A DNA stretch of 64,000 nucleotides from Klebsormidium nitens (Eukaryota > Plantae > Klebsormidiophyceae). The stretch covers positions 26,001 through 90,000 of the forward strand of contig DF237333.1 in assembly GCA_000708835.1 (NCBI GenBank). Reading direction: 5' to 3'. Shown one piece after another: positions 38,901 to 49,582 of this stretch (position 1 is its first letter; every line of letters starts with the position of its first letter). A model generated the notes under the pieces. That model did not search any database. It was not told the origin of the DNA and saw only the letters and a program-made list of their open reading frames with translations. The position numbers and the translations under genes are program-made.

Positions 38901-39849
38901 TTCAGAATGGATGAGAGGAAGATGTCATCGGAGCAAAACAAAAATGACGTCGTGAATACAAGCTTGAAATACTTTGTAAGGGATCTTGCAAAAGGAGTCG
39001 TGGTACTTTCAGAAAGTCACCGAAGCTTTTAAACCGTTGAATTCAGTTCACTCTTAAGACACCTGCCATTTTGACGAAAGTGGCTGGTAGAGCAGCCAAG
39101 CTTTCTCGCTCACCTGGTTCTTCTCCATCTCCTCCGCCCACCGTTCCGCTTTCCAGAAGTCGACGCCCATGTCCCCGTAGTAGTGGCCCACGCGCAGGTC
39201 GGTGTGAACACGAATCACTTCCGCTTGCTGCACGATATTTGCATTTCTTAACCATTTGCACGAAATCCTTCCAGAGAACAACTCAAAGAAGTTTGACTTT
39301 TGCAACGCCATTCGACCGTACTTCGTGCGTGCCATGACAGCGAAACTGGCTTCGCGGCTTTCTGGTCGATACAGTATCCTGCCACAAGATTCTAAAGCAC
39401 TTGGTGCGCACTTCTCGCGAAAGGCGACTCCTTTCTGCCATGAAATAATTGGCAGGAGAGCGACGAGAATCCCACATTTCTCCCGTTTCTGTCTCATTGA
39501 GATTGCCTTTTACTTATTAAAACGCTCCCTCAGCGGGTTGCCAATCGTTTGCGACCAAAACATACGCTGCCATGCGCTGCCAAGACCTCGCTCCAAGCAC
39601 CACGTCCTGCTTTGATCCGCACCTGATGCACGAGCGGAACGAGCGGAACGATGAACGCCGCCAGCTTCTTTCCGTTTCTCTTGCGGAGGTCCGCCGACAG
39701 CGCCTTGATGAGCAGCACCGAGATGAGCGTCTTTCCGGTTCCGGTCTCAAGGTACGCGATCGTGTTCCGCTGCCTGGCCTCCGCCAGAATCTCCAGCTGG
39801 TACTTGCGTGGCGCCAGCAGGTCGCGCTCGCGCTGGCTCGCCTTCCCTT
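7482..39849 (-). CDS. DCL1: Dicer-like ribonuclease III, DCL1-like (DExD helicase, helicase-C, DUF283, PAZ, 2x RNase III, 2x dsRBD), ~2550 aa; start-codon exon not resolved
   Basis: Seen: 23 phase-consistent exons: 39849-39623, 39227-39114, 38282-38072, 37710-36929, 36478-36313, 25143-24611, 23299-23105, 22700-22606, 22288-22064, 21590-21365, 18547-17633, 17153-16489, 16023-15905, 15225-15020, 14640-14428, 13812-12331 (GC donor), 11229-10976, 10598-10450, 10089-9872, 9428-9351, 8941-8720, 8200-8007, 7635-7482. DCL1-type signatures recalled from the Arabidopsis protein: RGAQRLPS, QPIVTPETLRVHPVRELQER, GEVLPSLKRAKQSAALLLL. A tentative phase-1 upstream exon lies at 40661-40580. Confidence 0.93.
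9351..10598 (-). CDS. DCL1: Dicer: RNase IIIb domain (3 exons)
   Basis: Seen: YQRLEFLGDALID and PKVLGDLVESVAAAVLLDS; catalytic acidic residues intact. Confidence 0.93.
10976..13812 (-). CDS. DCL1: Dicer: RNase IIIa domain split by a ~400-aa acidic insert
   Basis: Seen: YERLEMLGDAYLK...HEGWLT...VSNDAL in exon 13812-12331; RKLLADMVEALIG in exon 11229-10976. Confidence 0.9.
11238..11905. other. Assembly gap (668 N) flanked by tandem repeat copies
   Basis: Seen directly. Confidence 1.
11906..12160 (-). repeat. Two ~133-bp tandem copies of the acceptor plus 5' part of Dicer exon 11229
   Basis: Seen: copies start at 12135 (VIGRKLLADKVEALLGVHHVEGGP) and 12002; both match 11229-11150. Confidence 0.9.
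14130..14330 (-). repeat. Two decayed tandem copies of the 3' end/donor of Dicer exon 14640-14428
   Basis: Seen: CTTGGTGGCGTGCATGTTGC at ~14289 versus CTTGGTGGCGTGCACGTTGC at 14428; older copy at ~14131-14172. Confidence 0.75.
15600..15930 (-). repeat. 146-bp-period tandem copies of the 3' end/donor of Dicer exon 16023-15905
   Basis: Seen: GTCCTGCGGCGCCCACTT at ~15909 and ~15764; GAGGTCCTGTGGAGCCCACTC at ~15614; flanking intron sequence is also repeated. Confidence 0.85.
15905..17153 (-). CDS. DCL1: Dicer: platform end and PAZ domain
   Basis: Seen: YWSPEKAYLVLPL, GQLMTADG, MVTAIHTKKDY, TTFSEYYRTR, QPLLQCK. Confidence 0.82.
17170..17235. repeat. Minisatellite, 14-bp unit AAAGAGATATGGTC, ~4.5 copies, in the branch-point region of a Dicer intron
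   Basis: Seen directly, ending ~17 nt upstream (minus-strand sense) of acceptor 17153. Confidence 0.9.
21365..22288 (-). CDS. DCL1: Dicer: DUF283 (Dicer dimerisation / dsRNA-binding fold)
   Basis: Seen: SAVGLLHRYCAKLPGDQFTVLRP...CTITLPINA...AKRAAAMEAIRQLHKYRALTDRLLP. Confidence 0.9.
22606..25143 (-). CDS. DCL1: Dicer: helicase C-terminal domain (3 exons)
   Basis: Seen: CIVFVSRVLTA, LLFATDVAEEGLDIQRCNSVIRFDLP, IQSRGRARRPGS. Confidence 0.93.
22771..22940 (-). ncRNA. Candidate intronic pri-miRNA-like foldback in Dicer intron 22701-23104
   Basis: Seen: 18-nt arms 22792-22809 and 22903-22920 are reverse complements with one difference, which is a U:G wobble on the minus (pre-mRNA) strand; imperfect pairing continues inwards and outwards. 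Function is inference. Confidence 0.5.
38072..39849 (-). CDS. DCL1: Dicer: DExD/H helicase N-terminal domain (3 exons)
   Basis: Seen: RKYQLEIL, NTIAYLETGTGKT (Walker A), LIVDECHHA (motif II), FGMTASP (motif III). Confidence 0.95.
38283..38800 (-). repeat. Three decayed tandem copies of the acceptor plus first ~60 nt of Dicer exon 38282
   Basis: Seen: copies start at 38448, 38592 and 38768 (spacings 166, 144, 176 bp); each repeats ATGCGCAG...GCCGT..CG...GCAC..CAGGAC. Confidence 0.92.
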
Positions 39850-42146
39850 CTAAACGAAGTGAAACGCGATATGATGTGACGTCAGCAGAACGGCAATAAG
39901 CAAAGATCCGCAAGACGCGACTGGATTGGGAGGAGCAAGCTTTAGTTTTAAGGACAGCAAGGTCTTTGTGGTGTGACCAGCAATGATGGAACACAATGAC
40001 GAAGGCGTAAAGGTGAAGTTAAGCCTCGAGAGATTGTCAGAGGAAAAACGCCTATGACTCAGATGAATTGCAGTTTTGGCTTCACGTTATCAGCACTCTC
40101 ATTCTTTTTCACATGCTTTCATGGTAAAGGCCCGACCTGGTGCAGTGGATCTTTTTTGGCGTATGACTTGACGGAAAGCTTTGACTTCAATAAAGCGCTG
40201 CAGTTCCGAGGAAGCAGTGAGTTGCTCCATATATCTGCTTGACACGTTGTCGTTCGCGCGAGCAGTTCACACAGCGAAGCAACCTCAGCCACCTTTGGTA
40301 CATGAGCCAAGGACATTATTGCAGCATTCTCAAGCGCATTCTGTATTCAGACAAATAGGGTTCCGCCTCAAGTTCGTTTTTCACACTCTTGAAATTGGTT
40401 CACTGCATCAGGGAATTGAAAGAGACCTATCCAGGGGCTTGTGAGAAGTCTGAGGGACTTCTGCAATAACCACGAGCTCGAGACGAGAAGGTGACTTCTT
40501 TCTTCCAATCGAGCCTTTCAAACGGTTTATATATCCTCCCACTTCCTATCCTCGACGTTCCGCCCAATTCCGCACTTACTGCTGCTCAGCCCTTCTTTTT
40601 GTCGATACACCGCTCTCTTTCTGTAAAGTCTTTTGAGCTGCTCTGCAGCATGCAGCGCCATGAGTTCAAACGTCGGTCTTTGCAAATTACTTTTTCTCAG
40701 CAGACTTTTGCAATTCTCTTTCTTGACATCCGCGCAGAAGCCACCAATTGCCAATGATTCAAAACGAAGAAAGGGGACAGCAATTTGTCCACATACCTGG
40801 CATGTCTCCCAGTCTGTGCGCATTCCCCTCCATCCTGCTATCTATCAATCACGCACAGGAGCCCCTCCAGGAACGAGCATGCACCAAGCGAAAGCTCTAG
40901 GCGACCCTTAAAGAAATCTGAACAAGCGGAAGAGAATCCTAGAAAAGGAGCAGAAGCAAGACAGGGTTCGCTCAATACTTTCTTCTACGGCGGCGGTTCC
41001 AACGCGCTCAAGCTTTTGCTGCTATATGCTGGGAAGGACCTGCTCTAGGTATCTCCCCCTCTCGGCTTTCCCCATGCAAGGGTTTCGTGTCCGGTTCTAG
41101 AGCGCTGTGAGCCTTGCCTTTACGCCATGGACTTAAGCCTACGCCGCATCTCGTCTATTAGGGCATGGGCGCTCCCTCTGCGCAACATTGTGAACGAACA
41201 CCTCATCCCGCCAAGTTCTTTCGTGTGACCTATCGCGTCGGCCAGCGTGACCGTGAGCACATGCACCCTGCATCATCAGGCACTCGTGATGACGATGATT
41301 GGAGCTTCCCCTGATCGGCTTCAGACTGTTGATCAGCGCGATCTGAATGCTACAGTCCAGCTTGATGAAAGTGTCGGCCACCTGACTTACTAGGCGTAGA
41401 CGAGGTCGAAGCTGGGGGCCAAGTTAAGAAAAAATAATAAAATCTTATGTCACGTTCGGTAACTCGATCGTCACTGCATAACGACGGTACCAGGCCATAT
41501 AAAGCAGTTTGCATCTGCGAGCCACTCTTGCACTCCATGGACTTTCTTCAAAGCAACATGACAAATAGAGCTTTCGAGTCTCATCTGCATGGCGTTGGAC
41601 GCTGCCGGGACAAGGGCAGTGCATGCAGTTGTTGTGCCGCATCGGCTTGAAGACGGCAGTTAGCGCATTCGAAAGAAGGCTCTAGTGACTTGCACGAGCT
41701 AATGCGCGCTGCTTAACGTGGAAACGCAGCTCCAACCCGAAGGGATGGCGGCACGGCTCTCATTCAGATCCCAATCAGACCAGAAGTTCACGTACAGCAA
41801 GACAGGCTCCGGCCGCGCCTACACTCGGAGACCTCTCATAAGCATGGGAAGTTTAAGCTTGACCGCAGGGAGGCATTGAAATACTTCCAAATGTAACTAT
41901 CTGCAACCACTTGTACGTACAAGCATACTTTATAAATTACTTACGGAATTCAGCAGAACACCGTATTCTCCTGAATTGATTGTATCTGAGTTTGGGCACT
42001 GATCGTCGTGTCATGGAAGCAGGGGTGACTACTGTGACTGCTTGCGGCAAACATTGTCCAATGAAAGATAGCGTACAGATCCGGTAGAAAATGTCAGAAT
42101 CGGGTTTCATTCTCAATATGTTACAAGACAAACTCGTAAACCAGTC

Positions 42147-45100
42147 TTATGGCGTCAGAAACGTCACGGTACTGTTAGGCTTTTCGTTCACTCGTAATGA
42201 CAAGACATCGGGCCGCGCGTAGTGGCCCACAACGTCGAAGTCAAACTTGGCTCGCACTATATCGCCCAGATCTGCAAACGTGCATAAGATTGATCAAGAT
42301 CTCTGGGCAGCGTCGCGGATTATCCTGAACGAAGTGCTTCTTAGAACAGCCACAATGGCCAGTTCCGATCGCACTGCTCGAGTCAAAGTCGCGAACAAAG
42401 AACATCAAACGAATGGACACATCGCCGGCTTATCAAGGACTCCAATGCATGGGGCGTTGTGAGAAATAAAGTTGGCCGCGCACCTAATTCGGCTGTTACG
42501 AGGCCCTCTCCGTCATACTTGGGTCCCGCCAGAACTTCGCCCGACGGGGCAATGATTGCGCTGCCCCCTCGGCACAAGACGCTGCAAAGAGCGACAAATT
42601 GGGACGTAAGCGCAGCAAAATGAGCAGATTGTGTTCGTCACGTATGCTGGCCAAGCTATATAGCACAGGTGATCAATTCGACCATCAGCGAGCGGACCAG
42701 AACCTACAGGCTTTCCACAGCGTCCGCAACAACAGAACCGCACCAGTATCCATGATGGTCGCTGAGCCCTTCAGGACTCCAATCTGAAGAGCAGCAATGG
42801 ATAAGCACTTCAATGAAAACAGATGCACGTTTCCCTTGTGGATCAAAAGTCACCAGGAAAATTTCAGCAATCTCGACAAATTGAGAGGAAGAAGCGCACA
42901 GGTGGCGACGCATAGACGTAGACATGGAAAACGCTTACACCAGTCAAGCAATGTCGGACGACGAACCGTCGAACGAGAGAACAACCGAACAAACTCTAAT
43001 TCCACCGGGACTCGAGTTTGCTCTAGACCTCGACCTGAAGCCCCCTCACCTGCTCTCATCTTTAGCCTCCCCTGACGTTTCTGGTAGGAAGGGGTAGTCG
43101 GATTGCCTGCAGAACTGGTTTGCGGACAGGACGAAGCAGGCGCCCTCCATCGCGATGTGGCGGACGGTGGCAATCCAAGAGTCACGGGCGTCCGCCGTGG
43201 GGGCGCAGTAGATCTGGAGAGGTTAAGAACGACAACTTGACTGCGTGACTCGCAACAAATGATTTCGCAGCTTGCTGTGTCCTGCGCTCTTAACCAGTAT
43301 TTCAAAACAGACGGAAAGGCAATAGCAACATTCCCCTTGCAGTCCGTTTCTGGATAAGTCCAGTGTTAGGTTGACAGTCGACGATGTAACAAGAAGCTCG
43401 AAAGTGCACTCTGCGCCGCTGAGGAGCTGCACGACAGCTGAGCACGGGCAGATGACTCAGGACGAGTCGACTGGCTCCGTTTCGTCATTCCAAGGGTGAC
43501 CTATGCAGGTTCGTGCTCAGATACAAAGCAGCCAAAAGCTTCGCTTTACAAGCGGTCTGCTCGCACCCCCTTTCGACCAGCCCAATAACGAAAGATGAAT
43601 TGTGCCCTTAAAGAGGGCGGAGAGCATATCACGGGGCGGTCTAAACTGTCAGCACCGGTCATCTGTTCGCAACATTTTACGGTCGCGGACGAAAGTGGGA
43701 CCCTCTGTCTTCCCGCGAAAGACATGCGGAGGGGCACGTTGCGCAGTCAATCTGTGAATCATCTGTGCTCGCTCTCATGAAACCATTCTTTCGCATGTTT
43801 ACGTACCTGGATGCCCTTTCCGTACATGGCCGTCCTCAGCAGCGGCATCCGGTTCTCCCAGCAGATCACAGCCCCGATTTTCCCTACTTCCGTATCAAAC
43901 ACTGGTAACGTGCTTCCGTCTCCACACCCCCAAAGGTACCGCTCCGCTGCAGTCGGGGTCAGTTTCCGATGCTTTCCAAGGTATCCTTTCAGGGGGTCGA
44001 AAAAGGCCACCGAGCAGTAGAGAGTGCCCCCCTCCCGCTCGATCAGGCCCATGACGAGAAAGACGTTGTGGTTGGCAGAGAGTTGCGCCAGGGCGTCGGA
44101 GGCGGGCCCGGGGAGCTCGACCGCAGCTGCGTGGTATTTCCTGGGGGATAGATGACAGGGCGTCAACCAGCATGTAGCTGATAAGTTACAGGTTATAACT
44201 GACGGCTATGAGAGGGAAAAGAGTATGAAGATACCCGGATTATGGAGACGAGGGGAAGGGGGCAGAATGGGTTTCTGACCTGTGCTGAAGGGGCATAAGA
44301 AGTAGGCCTTCCAGGGACGTGCAAACAGGTGATTGTTATTTTATGCGGAATCGAAGTGGGTGCAAGAGGAGTCCCTGCCCGCGACGAACTTGTAAAGATC
44401 TTGATGAAAGTGCCATGATATGGAGTGCATTGTAATTATGGACCTGATAAAGGGCGTGTCAGCTGGCATCCGCAACCAGATTCCTTCACTCACTCGACCG
44501 CCTATCCATTAATGGCAACATGTCTCCCCTTTTGACTCCTTAGCAAACGGCGACAAGGTTATCGCACAGTGGTGCCGGCCCTTTGTCACAAAGTCCAACC
44601 CGTCAACCGCTCTACATATCTTTAACCAACTGTCTAATGATGACGCCTCGAACCATGCGGCATACCTGAACTCCTCTTTTCCTTCCGGGGACCGACTGCC
44701 CATAACCACTCCAAAATTGGAGCCCCGGGGGTAGCCCCCAATGAAAGCCTCAGGGAAAACAACCAGCTGGCAGCCATGGTCAGCCGCCTCCTTGATGAAG
44801 CGCTCAGCCTGACAGAATATGGGGAATTTTGGCATCATCGACTGACACCAAACTTGATATTCGAATTACTATTCTCTGCAACAATCTGACCAAGTAGAAG
44901 TATTCTGAGTGTGTCCGAAATGTCTATTGATGATGAACTTCAGACGAGCACAAAGGAAACAAGGAGGAGAATCTGGATATTACCAAAAATGTTCAGACTT
45001 CAGCATTGTTTTGTCTAGATGCATTGAAAGTCGCTAGATCACCACAAGGGCAGCCCAAACACTTCATACCACTAAGCATCAAACCGCTCACCTTTTCTAG

Positions 45101-45193
45101 AGTGGCTTTCAAATCGTAGAAGACAGTGGCTGCTTGCACAACCGCCACCTTCACCTTCTTTGAGTCTGAGGGACCGTTGGGAATGTTGTCCAT
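42147..45193 (-). CDS. NIT4: Nitrilase, NIT4-type (beta-cyanoalanine nitrilase/hydratase family)
   Basis: Seen: exons 45193-45092, 44808-44666, 44140-43807, 43213-43050, 42581-42484, 42271-42147, phase-consistent. Catalytic triad E (VFPEAF), K (KHRKLTP), C (ICWENRMP); C-terminal [19 protein letters not shown]4 subtype from resemblance to plant NIT4 as I recall it. Confidence 0.9.
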
Positions 45194-45471
45194 TGGGATT
45201 GACCACGGAAGTTTGCTTATACCCTACTTTCTCTGCCTGCACTTGAAAAACTTTGCAACGAGCCCCCTTGCTTGTTATCTACTAGTAAAAGGCATGATTA
45301 TGAGCAATAGTGCATCAGGGGAGTCCTTTGACATTCCCCCAGGCCAGTGTCTGCGCCACAAGAGCTGGCTTACTTCTGAAAACGCCAACCTTCCAGGTGG
45401 GGGTGCGCATCAACTTGGTTGGGCATGATATTAATCAGTGACTACCATGCTGCTTGATGAACTGTTGGCTG

Positions 45472-45663
45472 TCAGCAATCAGAGCTGCGCCAGCTAGCCA
45501 GCTCCTTGAACTTTTTGATGCGGATCTGCGATTCTGCACGGGCCTCGTCCTTCTTTTGCCACATCTTCTCACGCCCATAGGCCATCAAAGCGAGCCCCGA
45601 CAGTGCCCCTAGTGCGGTTATGATACGTCCCTTATACTTTTGTAAGTTGAAAATAAGAACCAT
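45472..45663 (-). CDS. Small 63-aa ORF with one predicted hydrophobic helix, upstream of nitrilase
   Basis: Seen: MVLIFNLQKYKGRIITALGALSGLALMAYGREKMWQKKDEARAESQIRIKKFKELASWRSSDC*. Protein-like layout (basic, hydrophobic, charged helix); no homologue recognised. Confidence 0.4.
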   Translation of the reverse strand: MVLIFNLQKYKGRIITALGALSGLALMAYGREKMWQKKDEARAESQIRIKKFKELASWRSSDC

Positions 45664-45917
45664 GCTGCATCTCAGATGATTTGTGAAAAGTGGATTTTCG
45701 GCACCAATCAAAAGAAACCTTTTTAGAAGGACAATCTCCAGCTCACGCACTTGAAAGTGATATGAAAGGCAGCCCCCACCACTCATGACAATGATTTGCT
45801 AACAGCATTTCCGCCTCCCAGCATTTCTTTTCTTTCTTTTCCACTGCCACTGCCAGGTTCGCCAACTTGAAAAGCCCAACACCAGGTAGGGGTTTGTGGG
45901 GGTTTTCAAGTTAAAAT

Positions 45918-45925
45918 TAGGGTTT
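45918..45925. promoter_or_regulatory. Telo-box (TAGGGTTT / AAACCCTA) in the divergent promoter region
   Basis: Seen: motif ~95 nt before ATG 46020. The telo-box is a known plant promoter element, but a single 8-mer can occur by chance. Confidence 0.3.
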
Positions 45926-46019
45926 TCAAGAATGGACAATGTGAAGGGCTTCGTGGGCGCCATTTTCTGCCCTTTGAACCCGCTGTGAAGGCGCCTCCAA
46001 CTTTTGATCAGAACGCATC

Positions 46020-46770
46020 ATGCCGGGGGTGGGGCAGATTGCGGTTGAGCCCCAGGTGGGGCGCAATGCCATCCACATTGAGCTTGACGCTTCCGAGCTT
46101 GGGGAGACTTTGCGGCTGCTGACCGCGGCCGTGAAGGCAATTGAGAAGCAGACGGGAGCGCCGGTGACTGTGGAGGTAGGTTTTGAAAAGGAAATGTTGG
46201 TTGACTATGAGAAACTAGAAACATCTGTAACGAGATTGCTGGGGGTTTCTTTGGTCGTGACTAAACACACGAGACAGCATTGCACGGAGGTGGAAAATGC
46301 ACGACTTACATATGCTTTCTTCTTTCAATTATTCTGCAGTGCAACCCTCTGAAATGTGAGTCAGAGCTTGGGACTGGTGTTCACACTGCTGTCTGCTCCA
46401 ACTTTGTTCAATCTGGCAGCTTTGCTCAATTGGGAGGTGAAGCATTTTAAGGCTCTGAAAGGATGCATGCCACTTGGGGGTTTATGGACGCATGAAGTGA
46501 CAGATTGAAGGTTCATGAGGGAGTTGGAGCAGAAAGGGGCAAAGCTTGAATTAAGGGAGTTGGCGGATGCGAGAAATCTGAAGGTTCGCATTTTGTGTCA
46601 AAAGGCTCTCTTTCCTCGTTAGTTGGTGACTTCTAATGTTCACCACGTCGCTCCAGTGTGTATCCGCAACCCGTAGCAGCTGCTCGTGAATGCAGCGCAG
46701 CAGCACCACCAGGGGGAGCCTCTGCGTCACGCTGCACTCGCTCTCGGGGGACAACTTCTTCGACTACAAG
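46020..46770 (+). pseudogene. Truncated, internally deleted duplicate of the WD40 gene (exon 1, part of intron 1, part of exon 4)
   Basis: Seen: 46020-46175 encodes MPGVGQIAVEPQVGRNAIHIELDASELGETLRLL..., versus 54800-54955. Intron-1-like sequence runs to ~46660, then jumps to exon-4-like sequence at 46662-46769 with a TAG, an extra G and donor GT changed to AT. Confidence 0.85.
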
Positions 46771-47771
46771 ATGAGCCGAGTTTGCTTGCGGTCTCTTCTC
46801 CTTGGCTAGTCATCTGGTTTTTTCTAAGGGAAAGACGATTCCCCTTGGTTGTTCGATTTTCTGTCCATTTTTAGGTGCTTTTCTGCCTTTCTCGAGGACT
46901 TGAGAGGGGTCCTGTCGCTGCTTCGCAGTGTACGCTCCTGCCTTCAAAGGTGATTGGGTTCGAGCTTTTTGGTGTAGGACGGTTGACCTGCTCTTCGGGC
47001 TGACTGACGATCTCTTTAAACGAAACATTTTGCCTATACTGAGACAGGATGATGCGCGCATCAAGCCTTGCCCACAGAGTTGTGGGGCTACTTCTTTCAC
47101 GGACTGCAGTCTGATGACCAAAAAGGGCTTTTCACTTGTTCCCTGTCGCGATTAGGGTCCAAAGGGTCCAGAGGGTTTGAGACTCAGGCGAAAAGCAGAT
47201 TGTCTATGGCCAAGCCTTCGAATGAGACTTACGCAACCTTGATACGGAGAGCTCACAAAGCGCCAAACCACTTCTGCTGGCGGGAATGCTGCCTAAGAAT
47301 TTGCTTTAAGATCCACTTTCAGTTCCACCTCAATCTCAAGGGCAACCTCTCATAGACGAACGCCGGTCTTCAAGCTCCGAGTTTCGGACGTTAAGCTTTG
47401 CTGTCAATTGGTCGCAATAAGTATCAAAAGATGGACCTGTGAAGGTCGGTAAAGTTCAAACCAAAAAAGTCAAGGAAGCAGCGATTCTTGTCGAGGATGG
47501 CGTCTTCAGAGCCGGAATGAACGGGCTCACGTCTTTCCAGTAGCGCTGTACTACTGAACTTGCGCGGATTGCTTGTGATGTGATGGTGAAAAAGTAAACA
47601 GTTTTGAGGTTCAATTGCCCAACTCCCGCCACACAAACCCAGGCCCAGGTGTACGCATACCTTACAAACGCGCGTACGGTAAGAGGCAGGTGCGCAATCG
47701 TTGGTATGCGGATTGAAGTTGTTATTGTGGTCTCGTCCGTAGTGAATGAGTAATCAAAGCCTTGTCTAACG

Positions 47772-47978
47772 CCTGGAGGGAGTGTAGATAGAGTAGAGCT
47801 TACATTAGTTGATAGATGATTGCTGGTAACTTTGACCATTTCGTTCTTCAATCATTGAATTAGAAGTAGGCTAGATCCGTCATTTGCTGCAATTAGCCTA
47901 CTTCTAATTCAATGATTGAAGAACGAAATGGTCAAAACTACCAGCGATCATGTCTCTCAACTAGCTCTCCCACCAGGG
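47772..47978 (-). ncRNA. Long hairpin: candidate MIRNA/hpRNA precursor (alternatively a foldback/MITE remnant)
   Basis: Seen: 58-nt arms 47816-47873 and 47894-47951 with 3 differences (43-bp perfect core), 20-nt loop; bulged pairing extends to ~47772/47978. Two of the three differences are G:U on the minus strand. Confidence 0.6.
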
Positions 47979-48073
47979 TTGTCTTCAGGTTTACCGCTTT
48001 AAAGCCCGTAGGTGAGACAGCTACACGTACTTCACCACTTCGAGGTCACGAATTGAGGATGTAGTTATCTGGC

Positions 48074-48083
48074 TTTATATAAA
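48074..48083. promoter_or_regulatory. TATA box (TTTATATAAA; reads TATATAAA on both strands)
   Basis: Seen ~100 nt upstream of the extended hairpin in minus orientation; no nearby coding start explains it. Confidence 0.4.
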
Positions 48084-49582
48084 TATGGATAATCAAGAGC
48101 CTACTCCACCAAGTTTTCGCTTGCCTACTGCTCGATCGCTGGGCATGTGATTTGTATTAATAAGAGGTCGAATCCGTTTAGGGCGCAGCAGGCGGCATGC
48201 AGCCCGGGGACTAGCCCTTTGACCTGAATCGTGCATGATGTATACTAAGCATGTTGCACTGTCTTCTTGAAGTCTTTTTGTGTGTGCGCTCGACGATGAA
48301 ACTACGTGGCCACATGAGCGGACATGTGTGGATCGACATTGACTATCAAACTGTAGCTTTAGATGATTCAAGCTGCTCGCGGCATGCGCACCGCTGGGGT
48401 CATGCGGTATGCCCGTGAACAGAGTACATGACAGCTTATACGGGCACAATGTAATGATGCAGACCCATATTTCGATTGGTCCTGGGCTTTGAAGCACTAA
48501 GCGGTACAAGACGCGGCCACGGCCTCAAATCAAGTATCGCAACGGTCGCTGTCATGTGACTGATTTGAGCTAACGCGAATTGCAAATATGTTTGCTTTAC
48601 AAATTAATGACGTACGGTTCCGCATGATCTCATGATATTTACATACGTACCGTACGTGATTTGTAAGTGGCATGTAATTGTCGCATGCATGTTATTGAAC
48701 TTCATGCATCCGATGATACACTTGGCTGAGGATAAACGCAAGCACTCTCACTACCTGCGGTCCCAATGATGCCAAGAACGTTCATGATTGGTTACCGGCT
48801 TAACCCAGTTTACGAACGGTTTTGATCTATGTTAGTCACCCACTAGCTAAATTCGAATCCAGAGGCTGAGTATATCTGTGCAGACAACTGGAGCCAGCTA
48901 CATCATTTGCGAGGGCCGCTGCACTCTCACCGCACTTCCATGCCAACGCCGACTACCTATGCACTCGCCTTTGACCGCACACTTGTCTGTTTAACCCCTG
49001 CACTGATACTGAAAAGAGAATCATACCAGTCCCTTGCAACGGAACTTCAACGCAAACTGGTTTGCAAGGTTGGGTGCATGACAGTAGGTTTGTGAAGTCT
49101 CAGTTTCGTACGCTACTTCGTAATTACTGGGCCGTCGAAACAATGTCAGGCTAGGGACCAGGGAAGCGCATGGCACAGCGACCTGGGGGTGGAACCTCAG
49201 CTCTTCTTTCAAGTTCATGTTGAAGCTTAAATTAACGAAGCAACGAGGTGTCATGAAGGTCTACCTCAAAGTCTGCCGCGCCAATGAACACGGCTCCACA
49301 TTGTCTGCTCTCAAATCCCGTCAGCGCAATTGTCGCTCAGATAATTAAAGAAGAGTCGAAGCACCTATTTTTAACTCAACATCGAGACTTGTGTCGATAG
49401 ACACAAGAGAAACGAGCTCATGTCGTCTGTACATTCCGACAATCCGCGCTCTCCACTTTCACCCCCCTTTCACCTTTCAATCCAACGGACGCCCAGCTTG
49501 CTTCACCAGAAGATTCCACAGACGTCAGCAAACTTCACAGGCGCCAATATCGTATTCATTCCGCTCCAACGTCCTTTCAGAC

